Assembly: GCA_963692865.2 (NCBI GenBank)
Contig: OY843592.1
Span: forward strand, 2,784,001 to 2,848,000
DNA length: 64,000 nucleotides
Source of the DNA: a bacterium
GTDB taxonomy: Bacteria; UBA8248
Reading direction: 5' to 3'
Below the pieces are notes generated by a model, which worked only from the letters and a program-made list of their open reading frames with translations, was not told the DNA's origin and ran no database searches. Position 1 is the first letter of the stretch; each line of letters begins with the position of its first letter. The translations under genes and the position numbers were made by a program. This document shows positions 10,275 through 19,096 of this stretch, piece after piece.

Positions 10275-11135
10275 TCACGCGAGGCTGATAAGCGCGCCTC
10301 CCGCGACGATGAAGGCCGCGCCCAGAACCATGAGCGGCGTCAGCGGCTCCATTCCTTGCGGCAGAAACCGTGAGAACAGGAGCACGAACAGGGGCTGCGC
10401 CGAGGTGATCGGCGTCACGACGACGATTCTCCCCTCCTCCAGCGCGAAGAAAAGCGCCGTCAGCGCAGAGAAACTCGCGACGCCCACGAGGATGAAATAG
10501 AACAGTCCCTTTCCGCTAAAATCCTTGCGACCGCTTCTGGAATTCGCAAGAACCAGGGCCATGACGATGCTCGACGTTCCCGCCATCACGAAAATCGCCA
10601 GCGTCTTGTAGGGCACGTCGGGCGAGGAGTAGCGGATGATGAGGTCGCGCATGACCCAGATGAGCGTGGCGCCGACGGCGTAGGCGATGCCGGTGAGCGC
10701 CCAGGAACGCATCTCGTCTTTCCTGATCGACAAGACGACGATGCCGCAGACGATGAGCGCGGTTCCCAGGGCGAGAATCGGCGTGAGCCGCTCGCCGAGA
10801 AGCAAGACGGCCAGCGTGCTGGAGAAGAGCGGCCCGAGACCGCGCAAAATACCCGAAGGCGCCGCCCCGATTCGCTGCACGCCCGCGAACTGAAACGTTC
10901 TCGATATGCTGGGGGTGATCACGCCGAGCCCCACGAACCAGAGCAGGTGCGGGTTTGCGAAAGCGCTCATCGGCACGCTCGCCGCTATCCAGGGCAGATA
11001 GAGCAGCGTCACCGTGGCCGAGGCCACGAACCCGCCGAACACGGGCGTCGCCTCCCGCGTCGCCAGACGCGAGAAGATGAACGTCAGCGCAAAGAAGGCC
11101 GAAGCCGCAACGGCCAGGGGAATTTCCGTCAACAC
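10275..11135 (-). CDS. DMT/EamA family transporter
   Basis: About 10 hydrophobic helices, duplicated EamA repeat, LLGERLT motif. Confidence 0.85.
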   Translation of the reverse strand: MLTEIPLAVAASAFFALTFIFSRLATREATPVFGGFVASATVTLLYLPWIAASVPMSAFANPHLLWFVGLGVITPSISRTFQFAGVQRIGAAPSGILRGLGPLFSSTLAVLLLGERLTPILALGTALIVCGIVVLSIRKDEMRSWALTGIAYAVGATLIWVMRDLIIRYSSPDVPYKTLAIFVMAGTSSIVMALVLANSRSGRKDFSGKGLFYFILVGVASFSALTALFFALEEGRIVVVTPITSAQPLFVLLFSRFLPQGMEPLTPLMVLGAAFIVAGGALISLA

Positions 11136-11162
11136 ATGCCTCGCCTCACAACCAGCATCATG

Positions 11163-11194
11163 AAAAAGCGCCCCCGGCTTCAGGCCAGGGGCGC
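11163..11194 (-). terminator. Rho-independent terminator after the M24 peptidase
   Basis: Minus strand GCGCCCCTGG-loop-CCGGGGGCGC followed by TTTTT. Confidence 0.6.
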
Positions 11195-11214
11195 CGATTC
11201 GACCAAGCGCCTGC

Positions 11215-12453
11215 TCAGTCCTGGATGATCAACTCCTCGCAATAGGGAGCGCGCGTCATGTAGACGGGTTCATCCTCGGTGATGAGAATGTGATCCTCGA
11301 TGCGCACGCCGGCCCCGCCGGGAATGCCGGGCACGAAGATGAGCGGCTCGATGGCGAACGTCATCCCCGGCACGAAATCCACGCTCTCGGCCCCGGGCAT
11401 CACCTCGCCCACGTAGGGCGGCTCGTTGGGCGATATGCCGCAGCCGTGCCCGATGAAGAGCTTGATGAAGTTGTCCTCAAGGCCCGCGGAGCGCGCGACT
11501 TCCAGGAACTCCGCCGCCGAGTCGTCGTTCGTGTAGCCGGGGCGCATCTTTTCGATTCCCGCCTTCAGCGACTTGTAGACGGTCGTATACACCTTCTTCT
11601 GCATGGGATGGGGCGGGCCGCCGGCCACCTTCGCGCGTCCGCAGTCGCCGAAATAGCCGTTCCAGCACGCGCCGATGTCGATGAAAACGATGTCGCCGTT
11701 TCTGATGATCTTATCGGTGGGAAAGCGCGTCGGCGGCGCCATATGCTCGCCCGAGGCGACGAACGGAGACGCCAGGTGCCCGAACTCCCCGCCGTGGGTG
11801 AAGAGCGTCTTCATGGCTTCGGCCGCCACGTCGAACTCGCGCACGCCCGGCTCGGCGTGGTTCAAGGCCGTGATGGTCACGGCGTCGGCGATGGCGCACG
11901 CCTGATGGAGGCAGGCTATCTCGTCGGGCGTCTTCTGCACCCGGCTCATGTACATGAACTGCTCGCCGTCCACGAAGGTGGCCTCGGGGAAGTATTTCTC
12001 GATCATCGCCCGCTGGGTGAACGTGTGCCCGTCCAGCCCGATGGTTCCGCTCGAAACCCCCCACTCGTCGAAACGCTTCTTGATGTCGGTGCCCACCGTG
12101 TGCTCGACCAGGCCCGGCTCCTCCAGGATGCCGATGGGCACGTAGTCGTCTATCCAGGGCATGCACTCCTCGATGCGGTGCGCCTCGCCACTCGAGGCGA
12201 GCAGCGTCGGGTTGCCCTCCTGCCGGAGCAGGACGCCGTAGGTGGTGGAGGAGCGGTACTGAATCATGATGACGCGCGCGCTGGTGAGGTAGCGCACGTT
12301 CTCGTCCTTCCAGAGGATGAGGGCGTCGATGCCCTTTTCCTTCATCGCCGCCTGGGTCTTCTCGACGCGCTCCCGGCGCATGCGATCCATGTCGATGCGG
12401 TGCTCCCAGTCGACCATCATCGAGCCGCGCGCCCACGTGGGGTAGTCCGTCAT
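11215..12453 (-). CDS. M24 Xaa-Pro peptidase / creatinase family hydrolase
   Basis: Creatinase-type N-domain (ENVRYLT); metal ligands IDIG, YFGD, GHGCG, AIEP, VRIED; start MTDYP with GAGGAGG upstream. Confidence 0.9.
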   Translation of the reverse strand: MTDYPTWARGSMMVDWEHRIDMDRMRRERVEKTQAAMKEKGIDALILWKDENVRYLTSARVIMIQYRSSTTYGVLLRQEGNPTLLASSGEAHRIEECMPWIDDYVPIGILEEPGLVEHTVGTDIKKRFDEWGVSSGTIGLDGHTFTQRAMIEKYFPEATFVDGEQFMYMSRVQKTPDEIACLHQACAIADAVTITALNHAEPGVREFDVAAEAMKTLFTHGGEFGHLASPFVASGEHMAPPTRFPTDKIIRNGDIVFIDIGACWNGYFGDCGRAKVAGGPPHPMQKKVYTTVYKSLKAGIEKMRPGYTNDDSAAEFLEVARSAGLEDNFIKLFIGHGCGISPNEPPYVGEVMPGAESVDFVPGMTFAIEPLIFVPGIPGGAGVRIEDHILITEDEPVYMTRAPYCEELIIQD

Positions 12454-12629
12454 TGCGTATTCCTCCTCGAAAAACAAAGATTTCGGCCTGAAAATATCGA
12501 GTCCGCAAACGATTGCTCTGAATATGAAATTCGCGGCGACGCTAGCACCCGCGCCTTTGGCTGTCAAGAAATCGCAGGCTCGGCGGGGTTTCGAGGGCAA
12601 GCGAAAATGCGTGCGCAATCTCCTGCTCA

Positions 12630-12658
12630 TTGACTTACATCCGCCGCCTCGCTACTTT
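12630..12658 (+). promoter_or_regulatory. Sigma70-type promoter for the crotonase gene
   Basis: TTGACT-17 bp-TACTTT. Confidence 0.5.
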
Positions 12659-12712
12659 CGGCGCAAAAGACACGCAACGAGCGCATTCGCCAAATCAATA
12701 TGGAGAAACCCT

Positions 12713-13480
12713 ATGAGCGGCATCTTGTATGAAGTGGAAGGCAGAACCGCCATCATCACCCTCAACCGGCCCGAGAAGCGCAACTCCTACACCGAGGAAA
12801 TGGTGGACGATTTGTACGACGTCTGCCAGAAATTCATGAAAGACAAAGACGTATGGACGGCCATCATCACAGGCGCCGGGGACCGCGCGTTCTGCGCCGG
12901 GCATGACCTCACTTCGGTCGTTGCGAGCGAAGGCCAGTACAATGAGCACGACTCGCCCACAATGTGGTACGGCGAATTCGAGATATACAAGCCCATCATC
13001 GCCGCCGTGAACGGCTACGCCTATGGCGGGGGGTGCTCGATGGCGCTCTCGTGCGACATCCGAATCGCTTCGGAGAACGCCGTTTTCGGCTACCCGCAGC
13101 CCAAGTACGGCGCGATGAGCCTTGGCGGACACCAGCGCCTGCCCAAGACCATACCGCCCGGCATCGCCATGGAGTTCATGCTGACGGGCAGGAACATCAC
13201 TGCGGATGAGGCCGAGCGCTGGGGCATGGTGAACAAGGTGGTGCCCCAGGACGCGCTGATGGACGAGGCGCGCGCCATGGCCGAACTCATCAACCAGAAC
13301 GCGCCGCTGGCCGTGCAGCACACGAAAGAGGCGGTGCTGAAGGGCTTGAGAACGCCCGACGTGCGCGAGGGCATCGCCAACGCCAAACTCATCAGCTACC
13401 GCCTCCAGACCTCCCGCGACACGCAGGAAGGCCTCGCGGCCTTCATGGAGAAGAGAAAACCCGAATGGGAGGGCCGCTAA
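12713..13480 (+). CDS. Enoyl-CoA hydratase/isomerase (crotonase) family protein with non-canonical active site
   Basis: TLNRPEKRN, AFCAGHDL, KPIIAAVNGYAYGGG, EGLAAFMEKRKP; both usual glutamate positions replaced (GGGCS, YPQPKYG). Confidence 0.9.
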   Translation: MSGILYEVEGRTAIITLNRPEKRNSYTEEMVDDLYDVCQKFMKDKDVWTAIITGAGDRAFCAGHDLTSVVASEGQYNEHDSPTMWYGEFEIYKPIIAAVNGYAYGGGCSMALSCDIRIASENAVFGYPQPKYGAMSLGGHQRLPKTIPPGIAMEFMLTGRNITADEAERWGMVNKVVPQDALMDEARAMAELINQNAPLAVQHTKEAVLKGLRTPDVREGIANAKLISYRLQTSRDTQEGLAAFMEKRKPEWEGR

Positions 13481-13553
13481 CAGATATTTGCTGTCCGCCT
13501 CTCCATTCGCTTTAGGCGTAGCGCACATATTTCTTCATACGAGGAACCCATAG

Positions 13554-14591
13554 ATGAACGATTCACCGAAAATCGGCATGGCCTTCATCGGCCTCGGCTG
13601 GTGGGGCGCCGTGCTCGCCGACGCCGCCCTCGCCTCCGGGAAAGTGCAGGTAACCGGCGGCTTCGCCCGCACGCCCTCTTCCCGCGAGGAATTCGTGGGC
13701 AAATACGGCGGGAAGAATTTTTCTTCTATTGACGAGGTGATGGCCGACTCCGAAACAGAGGCCGTCGTCATCGCCACGGCGAACTCGGTACACAAAGAAA
13801 TCGCGCTCGCCGCCGCCCGCGCGGGCAAGCACGTTCACCTGGAAAAGCCGATGGCGCTCAGCGTCTCCGACGCCAAGGCCGTCGAGCAGACGTGCAGAGA
13901 CCACGGCGTCAAACTCCACATGGGGCAGAACTTCAGGCGCTGGCCGATGTTCCGAAGAGCGAAGGAAATCGTGGAGAGCGGGAGTCTCGGCCTCGTGAAC
14001 TACACGGTCGCCACGTTTTCGAACAACCACGGCTTCACCTCGGGTCCAAATAGCATGAGATGGGACGCCACGGAGAACCCGGGCGGCCCGCTCTACAGCT
14101 ACACCATCCACCTGGGCGACGTGATGGAATACCTCTTCGGCGACGTGGAGGAAGTGAGCGGCTCATGCGCCAAGGTGGGCGGCCCCAACCCCCAGGAAGA
14201 CGCCGCCGCCGCCATACTGCGCTTCAAGAGCGGGCTGATGGGTACGATATCGGGCAGCTATCTGGCGCCCTTCCATTTCGCCTTCGACGTGCAGGGCACC
14301 GAAGCGAACCTGAGCCTTTCCACCACCGAGAACCCCACCCTCAAGCGGCCCATCGACCTCATGGGCGGCCTCGAAACCGAAACCGTGGAACTCGAACACG
14401 ACCTGGTGGAGGGGAGACTTCTGGCCAACCGCGAACAATTCGACGATCTGGTCGCCGCGATTCGAGAGGACAGGGACCCCGAAGTCACCGGACGCCACGG
14501 GGTGCGCGCGCTCGCCATCATGCGGGCGATTCTCAAGAGCAACGCCGAGAGGCGCATCGTGTCGATCGAGGAGATTCTGGAGACCGACTAG
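13554..14591 (+). CDS. Gfo/Idh/MocA family oxidoreductase
   Basis: GLGWWG Rossmann motif, GKHVHLEKPMA, GGPLYSYTIH. Confidence 0.9.
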   Translation: MNDSPKIGMAFIGLGWWGAVLADAALASGKVQVTGGFARTPSSREEFVGKYGGKNFSSIDEVMADSETEAVVIATANSVHKEIALAAARAGKHVHLEKPMALSVSDAKAVEQTCRDHGVKLHMGQNFRRWPMFRRAKEIVESGSLGLVNYTVATFSNNHGFTSGPNSMRWDATENPGGPLYSYTIHLGDVMEYLFGDVEEVSGSCAKVGGPNPQEDAAAAILRFKSGLMGTISGSYLAPFHFAFDVQGTEANLSLSTTENPTLKRPIDLMGGLETETVELEHDLVEGRLLANREQFDDLVAAIREDRDPEVTGRHGVRALAIMRAILKSNAERRIVSIEEILETD

Positions 14592-14705
14592 GCCGGAAAC
14601 CAAGCCTCTCGCCACGGGGGCTCGATTCGCGTATAATCTCGACCGTTGGCCCATCGCATGTCTGCGACTTGTTCCGCCCGGACTCGTCCCGGAAACGGTT
14701 TTCCC

Positions 14706-15521
14706 ATGGGCAGGCGCCGCGATACGCCGGATTTCACCCGCTCCAACAAAATCCCGGCGCTCGAATACCAACCCAAAGCCCAGGAGCGCGAACTCACCAG
14801 CAGGCTCATCGCATCCCGGAGCGCGAGCGAGCGCGAGGCGCTGGGCCAGAATCTGCTCGACGGCATCTGCCGCAGCCTCAAAATCTCCCGCGCGCGCCTG
14901 CGCGTGTTCGAAGAGCGCCAACCCCACAAGTTGCGCGGGGGAAGACTCGCCTACAAGCTCTATGGCGTCTATCACTGCGACAGCGCGGTGATCGAAATCG
15001 CCAATCTCACCTCGATCCGCAAACAGGTCGTCGCAGGCAAGACGTTTCTGGATACCCTCATCCACGAACTCATGCACCACATCGACAGAAAACTGCTCCG
15101 AATACCCTCCACGCCCCACGGCCCCGGATTCTACGCGCGCATCGAGGACTTGAAAGCCAAGCTCATGCGTGGGAGGGGCGGGGAGCGGGAAGCTCCGCAA
15201 GAAGCCGCCTGGCAAAAACCCAAGGACCTCACGGCGGCTCTTGAGTCGGCGGCCGCAGACGCCCGGTCGAGAAACGATCATTCGAACCGGGAACAGCCGA
15301 GTGAGGCGGTCTCCGGTGAGAGCCGCGTAGAAACGAGAAATTCGAGATCGGCCCTTCCGGAAGAATCCGACTCCCTGGCACAGGCGCCACTTGTAGATGC
15401 GAACGCAGAGAACCCTCCCCAAAAACCGCCGCGCGCCCGAGGAGAAGAGAGCATTTCTGCGAATCATCCCCCAAAAGACGCTTCGGGAGAGAAGGAGCCG
15501 CAACTGTCGTTTGATTTTTAG
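14706..15521 (+). CDS. SprT/WLM-like zinc metalloprotease-domain protein with disordered tail and C-terminal QLSFDF motif
   Basis: DTLIHELMHH...PHGPGFY (HExxH plus third His); about 110-aa low-complexity tail; TATAAT at about 14632. Confidence 0.72.
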   Translation: MGRRRDTPDFTRSNKIPALEYQPKAQERELTSRLIASRSASEREALGQNLLDGICRSLKISRARLRVFEERQPHKLRGGRLAYKLYGVYHCDSAVIEIANLTSIRKQVVAGKTFLDTLIHELMHHIDRKLLRIPSTPHGPGFYARIEDLKAKLMRGRGGEREAPQEAAWQKPKDLTAALESAAADARSRNDHSNREQPSEAVSGESRVETRNSRSALPEESDSLAQAPLVDANAENPPQKPPRARGEESISANHPPKDASGEKEPQLSFDF

Positions 15522-15732
15522 CAAAATGACAGATTTTGATTCATTAGAAAGTTTTCTTCTGAAACTGTCATTTTAGGAAACAACTATGGTTTCAATATGT
15601 AAAGACAATCAGAACAGAAAAGTCGCGTTCTAAGCCAACATTTAATTTTCCGAGAGCACTCGGCTTTGGGGCAGCTGCGGCGATAGTGTATCCTATGCGC
15701 ATTAGTTGGAAGCGCCATCTGGAGACGTGCCC

Positions 15733-16944
15733 ATGAAATTCATCCACAAACTCGGAATGCGGGGTCTCCTGTCGTTTCCTCCAGACATGGAACCCTTTGA
15801 GCTTCATGACCTCAATGTTCTTATCGGCCCGAACGGCTCCGGCAAATCGAACATCATCGAAGTCATTGAACTCCTTCGCGCCACGCCGACGGATTTCGCC
15901 GCCGCAATCCGGGACGGCGGCGGGGCGGAGGAATGGATTTGGAAAGGGGAAACCAATAACAGGGTTGCTGAAATAGAAATTGAAACCGGTGACATGTCCA
16001 CCGGTCTCAAGACGCCGACCGGGCGGGCTTTACGCTACCGCCTCGAGTTCGTGGACAACAATACTCGCGTCGAAGTACTCGACGAAGCGATTGAAGAGAC
16101 AAAACCTCTCCCTGGCAAAACAGATACTTATTTCTACTACCGTTTCCAACGGGGAAACCCCGCTGTCAACATAAGGGAACATGGCGAAACCATTCAGAAA
16201 GAAAAACCCCCTCGATGGATAGAAAGGCGTGAACTACAACCGGATCAGTCTGCTCTCAAACAAATCAAGGGGCCGGAATTATATCCAGAATTGACTTGGC
16301 TGGGACGACAATTTGAAGAAATCCAGATGCTGCGCGACTGGACCTTCGGGCGCTACACGAAACCACGTGAGGCACAACGGGTGGATTTGCGCGAAGACCG
16401 CCTCCTTGACGACTGCCGCAATCTCGCCCTTATCCTCAACAAAATCGAACACGAGCAGGTTTCACTTGAATTCAACAAGCTTCTCAAGCGCTTCTTTCCC
16501 TGCTTCGAGAATATGTCCACCAGGGTATCCGGTGGCAGGATACAGTTTTATCTGCATGAAACAGGCTTCCGCTCTGCAGTCCCGGCAACGCGTCTTTCTG
16601 ACGGGACGCTCCGGTTCGTCGCGCTCCTCGCCACGCTGCTGACGCCTTCGCCGCCGCCGCTGGTCTGCATCGACGAGCCGGAATTGGGACTTCACCCCGA
16701 CGCAATATCCCTCGTCGGTGATCTCATGGTCGAGGCATCCGAGCGCACCCAACTCATCGTCGCGACCCACTCGGATGCGCTTATCTCCGTCCTGTCCGGC
16801 AAACCGGATGCAGTAATCGCCTGCGAGAGGCTGGGCGAAGGAACGACGCTGCGTCGGCTCGACTCCGATAAGCTCGCGCACTGGCTGGAGGATTATGCGC
16901 TCGGCGACCTGTGGCGCATGGGGGAGTTGGGCGCTAATCCGTGA
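15733..16944 (+). CDS. ABC-type ATPase (AAA_15/AAA_21, AbiEii/RloA-like)
   Basis: Walker A GPNGSGKS, signature LSDGTLRF, Walker B IDEPELGLHP, H-loop ATHS. Confidence 0.9.
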   Translation: MKFIHKLGMRGLLSFPPDMEPFELHDLNVLIGPNGSGKSNIIEVIELLRATPTDFAAAIRDGGGAEEWIWKGETNNRVAEIEIETGDMSTGLKTPTGRALRYRLEFVDNNTRVEVLDEAIEETKPLPGKTDTYFYYRFQRGNPAVNIREHGETIQKEKPPRWIERRELQPDQSALKQIKGPELYPELTWLGRQFEEIQMLRDWTFGRYTKPREAQRVDLREDRLLDDCRNLALILNKIEHEQVSLEFNKLLKRFFPCFENMSTRVSGGRIQFYLHETGFRSAVPATRLSDGTLRFVALLATLLTPSPPPLVCIDEPELGLHPDAISLVGDLMVEASERTQLIVATHSDALISVLSGKPDAVIACERLGEGTTLRRLDSDKLAHWLEDYALGDLWRMGELGANP

Positions 16945-17555
16945 AAATCGCGATCTACATGGAAGGCGGAGGGCCAAAATCCAACTCCCAGGCCATGCTG
17001 CGCCAAGGAATGGATGCGTTTCTAGCGAAAATCAAAGACGCTTACTGCAAGAAGAAATGGAATTGGAAGCTGGTTCCTTGCGGGGGGCGAGACGAGGCGC
17101 ATAAACGTTTTCAAAACGAACGCAGAAACAACAACGCCGACATCATCGTGCTCCTGGTGGATTCGGAAACCAAAGTCTTCAAGAAACCCGCCGCTCACCT
17201 AGCAGCGCGTGACGGATGGAATTTCGACGGCGTCGACGGCGATTTTATCCACCTCATGGTTCAGACGATGGAGACGTGGATAGTCGCCGATCCGGAGGCA
17301 CTCGCTAGTTATTACGAGCAGGGCTTTCAAGCAAACACCCTGCCCCGCCACCAGAATCTTGAAGCGGTGAGAAAACGCGATATCGCACAGGCTCTAAATC
17401 GAGCCACTCAAAGAACGCGAAAGGGGAAATACCACAAAATCCAACATGCCAGACATCTCCTGCAACAAATCGATCCGGTGACCGTGCGCGAAAAGTGTCC
17501 ACATTGCGAACGGCTGTTCGAGATACTCCTCGGGCGCATGGATTCCGGCGTATAA
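16941..17555 (+). CDS. DUF4276 / RloB-like (TOPRIM-like) protein
   Basis: IYMEGG, LLVDSE, MVQTMETWIVAD, YHK, CP motifs; GTGA overlap with the ATPase. Confidence 0.78.
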   Translation: MKIAIYMEGGGPKSNSQAMLRQGMDAFLAKIKDAYCKKKWNWKLVPCGGRDEAHKRFQNERRNNNADIIVLLVDSETKVFKKPAAHLAARDGWNFDGVDGDFIHLMVQTMETWIVADPEALASYYEQGFQANTLPRHQNLEAVRKRDIAQALNRATQRTRKGKYHKIQHARHLLQQIDPVTVREKCPHCERLFEILLGRMDSGV

Positions 17556-17797
17556 ATCAGAATCCTCACTCAGGAGCCGCAACTGTCGTTCGATTTTTGA
17601 TTTCTATAATCTGCTTTAGATAAACGACATTAGAACCTGAAATATAAAGTGAAAAAAATTCAAGCAATACGCCCGCTTGGAGCGATCTCCCGTTTCCCGC
17701 TTCGGGCGGTTGTTTTTCGTCCGGCGATTGGGTAAAGAAGTGATCTGGGCATACGCCATCATACAATCCAGAGCATATCGCAGAGGAGTTTCCCAAC

Positions 17798-18490
17798 ATG
17801 AGACCGGCTAACGATTCCGTCCCGAAACCCTGGGGACCGCTGGCGGGTTTTTGGTCCTGGCAATACCTGAACCTGTGGAAGACCGTCAAACTCGTCACGA
17901 GCAAACGGGTCAAGAGTTTTTACGAGAAATTCCCGGACGTCCTTCCTCCCGGCGCCTCCTTCCCCGACTTCGAGCTCAAGGACATCCGCGGGAACGTCCA
18001 CCGCATGGCGGATTATCTGGGGAAGAAATACGTGGTGATCACCACGGGCGCCATCACGTGACCGCCCTACAGGCGGCAGGTGCCGTTCTATGAGGAGTTG
18101 CAGGAGAAGTACGCGGAGCGCGACGTGGTGGTCTTCAATCTCTACGTGAGGGAACCCCACGCGGGCGAGCGCGGATTCCCCGAGATCAGAAACCACGAAT
18201 CCTACGAGCACAAGCGGAGCTACGCGCAGAAGCTGGCCGAGATCAAGAACATGGGGACCAACATCCTGATCGACGAGATGGACCAGAAGGTGCACGCCAT
18301 GCTCGGTGATTTGCCGAACACCATCTGGCTCATCGGCAAGGACGGAAAAGTCGCCTACAAGTGCACGTGGTCGAACGCCGAGCACGTGGATGAATATCTG
18401 GCCCGGATGGTGAACGAGGACCCCGAGTTCGAGGGGATGCCCGAAATGGAGCAGACCATCTTCACCGCCCGCGCCGGCACGGCCATCTAG
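17798..18490 (+). CDS. Iodothyronine deiodinase-like (thioredoxin-fold) selenoprotein, Sec at UGA 18059-18061
   Basis: ORFs 17798-18061 and 18080-18490 share a frame; read-through gives VITTGAIT-U-PPYRRQ...NLYVREPHAGE...ILIDEMD, matching the deiodinase FGSxT-U-PPF and YIxEAH motifs; SECIS-like hairpin follows the UGA. Confidence 0.88.
18062..18090 (+). promoter_or_regulatory. Bacterial SECIS-like hairpin
   Basis: GGCGGC-AGGT-GCCGTT stem-loop; loop starts 16 nt after the UGA and contains G. Confidence 0.7.
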
Positions 18491-18506
18491 CGAAACCGCT
18501 CGCCTG

Positions 18507-18540
18507 AAAGCGCCCCCGGAGCCGGGGGCGTTTTTCGTTT
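18507..18540 (+). terminator. Rho-independent terminator after the selenoprotein gene
   Basis: GCGCCCCCGG-AG-CCGGGGGCGT followed by TTTTCGTTT. Confidence 0.7.
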
Positions 18541-18567
18541 CCGCCACGAACGGAGGAAAACCCGGAC

Positions 18568-19092
18568 ATGGACGCGCCGACAATCATCAAGGAGCGCCTC
18601 GAAGCCTACGGCATGAGGCTCAGAGAAGTCATGGAAGACGTCACCGATGAAGACCTCATGCTCCAGCCCGGCCCGAACGACAACCCCATGGGCTGGCTCG
18701 TATGGCACATGACGCGCTTCGAGGACAGGACGTTCTCGTTCCTCGGCAAAACCCCGGAACTCTGGATAGAAGGGAAATGGCACGAGCGCTTCGGCATGGC
18801 GCCCGACCCCGAATGCACCGGCGTGGGCTTCACGCTCGAACAGGTCCTCGCGCTTCAGGTCGGCAAGGACGCCCTGATGGGCTATTTCGAAGCGGTGCGC
18901 GGGAAAACGCTCCCCTGCCTCTCGGGGCTGAGCGCGGCGGACCTCGACCGGGAGGAAATCGATTTCTACACCAAGAAACCCATCAAACTCGGCCTCGTCC
19001 TGGGGAGATTTCTCGGCGACCACCTCTCGCACGTGGGGCAGATCTGCTACCTGAGGGGCCACATCGCGGGCTGGGGGCGATATCCCGCATAG
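18568..19092 (+). CDS. DinB/YfiT-like family protein
   Basis: NPMGWLVWHM and HLSHVGQI His triad; GGAGG RBS. Confidence 0.85.
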   Translation: MDAPTIIKERLEAYGMRLREVMEDVTDEDLMLQPGPNDNPMGWLVWHMTRFEDRTFSFLGKTPELWIEGKWHERFGMAPDPECTGVGFTLEQVLALQVGKDALMGYFEAVRGKTLPCLSGLSAADLDREEIDFYTKKPIKLGLVLGRFLGDHLSHVGQICYLRGHIAGWGRYPA

Positions 19093-19096
19093 TTCG

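Larger units (their letters stand above)
15493..17600. mobile_element. About 2.1 kb mini-island flanked by 27-bp direct repeats (attL/attR-like), no integrase
   Basis: AGGAGCCGCAACTGTCGTT(T/C)GATTTTT at 15493 and 17572 (26/27 identical); lower-GC interior. Confidence 0.7.

Noticed and set aside
17798-18061. Two separate small genes or a nonsense pseudogene
   Set aside because: The stop is UGA exactly at the catalytic position of the deiodinase motif and is followed by a SECIS-like hairpin; the second ORF's GTG sits in that hairpin with no clear SD
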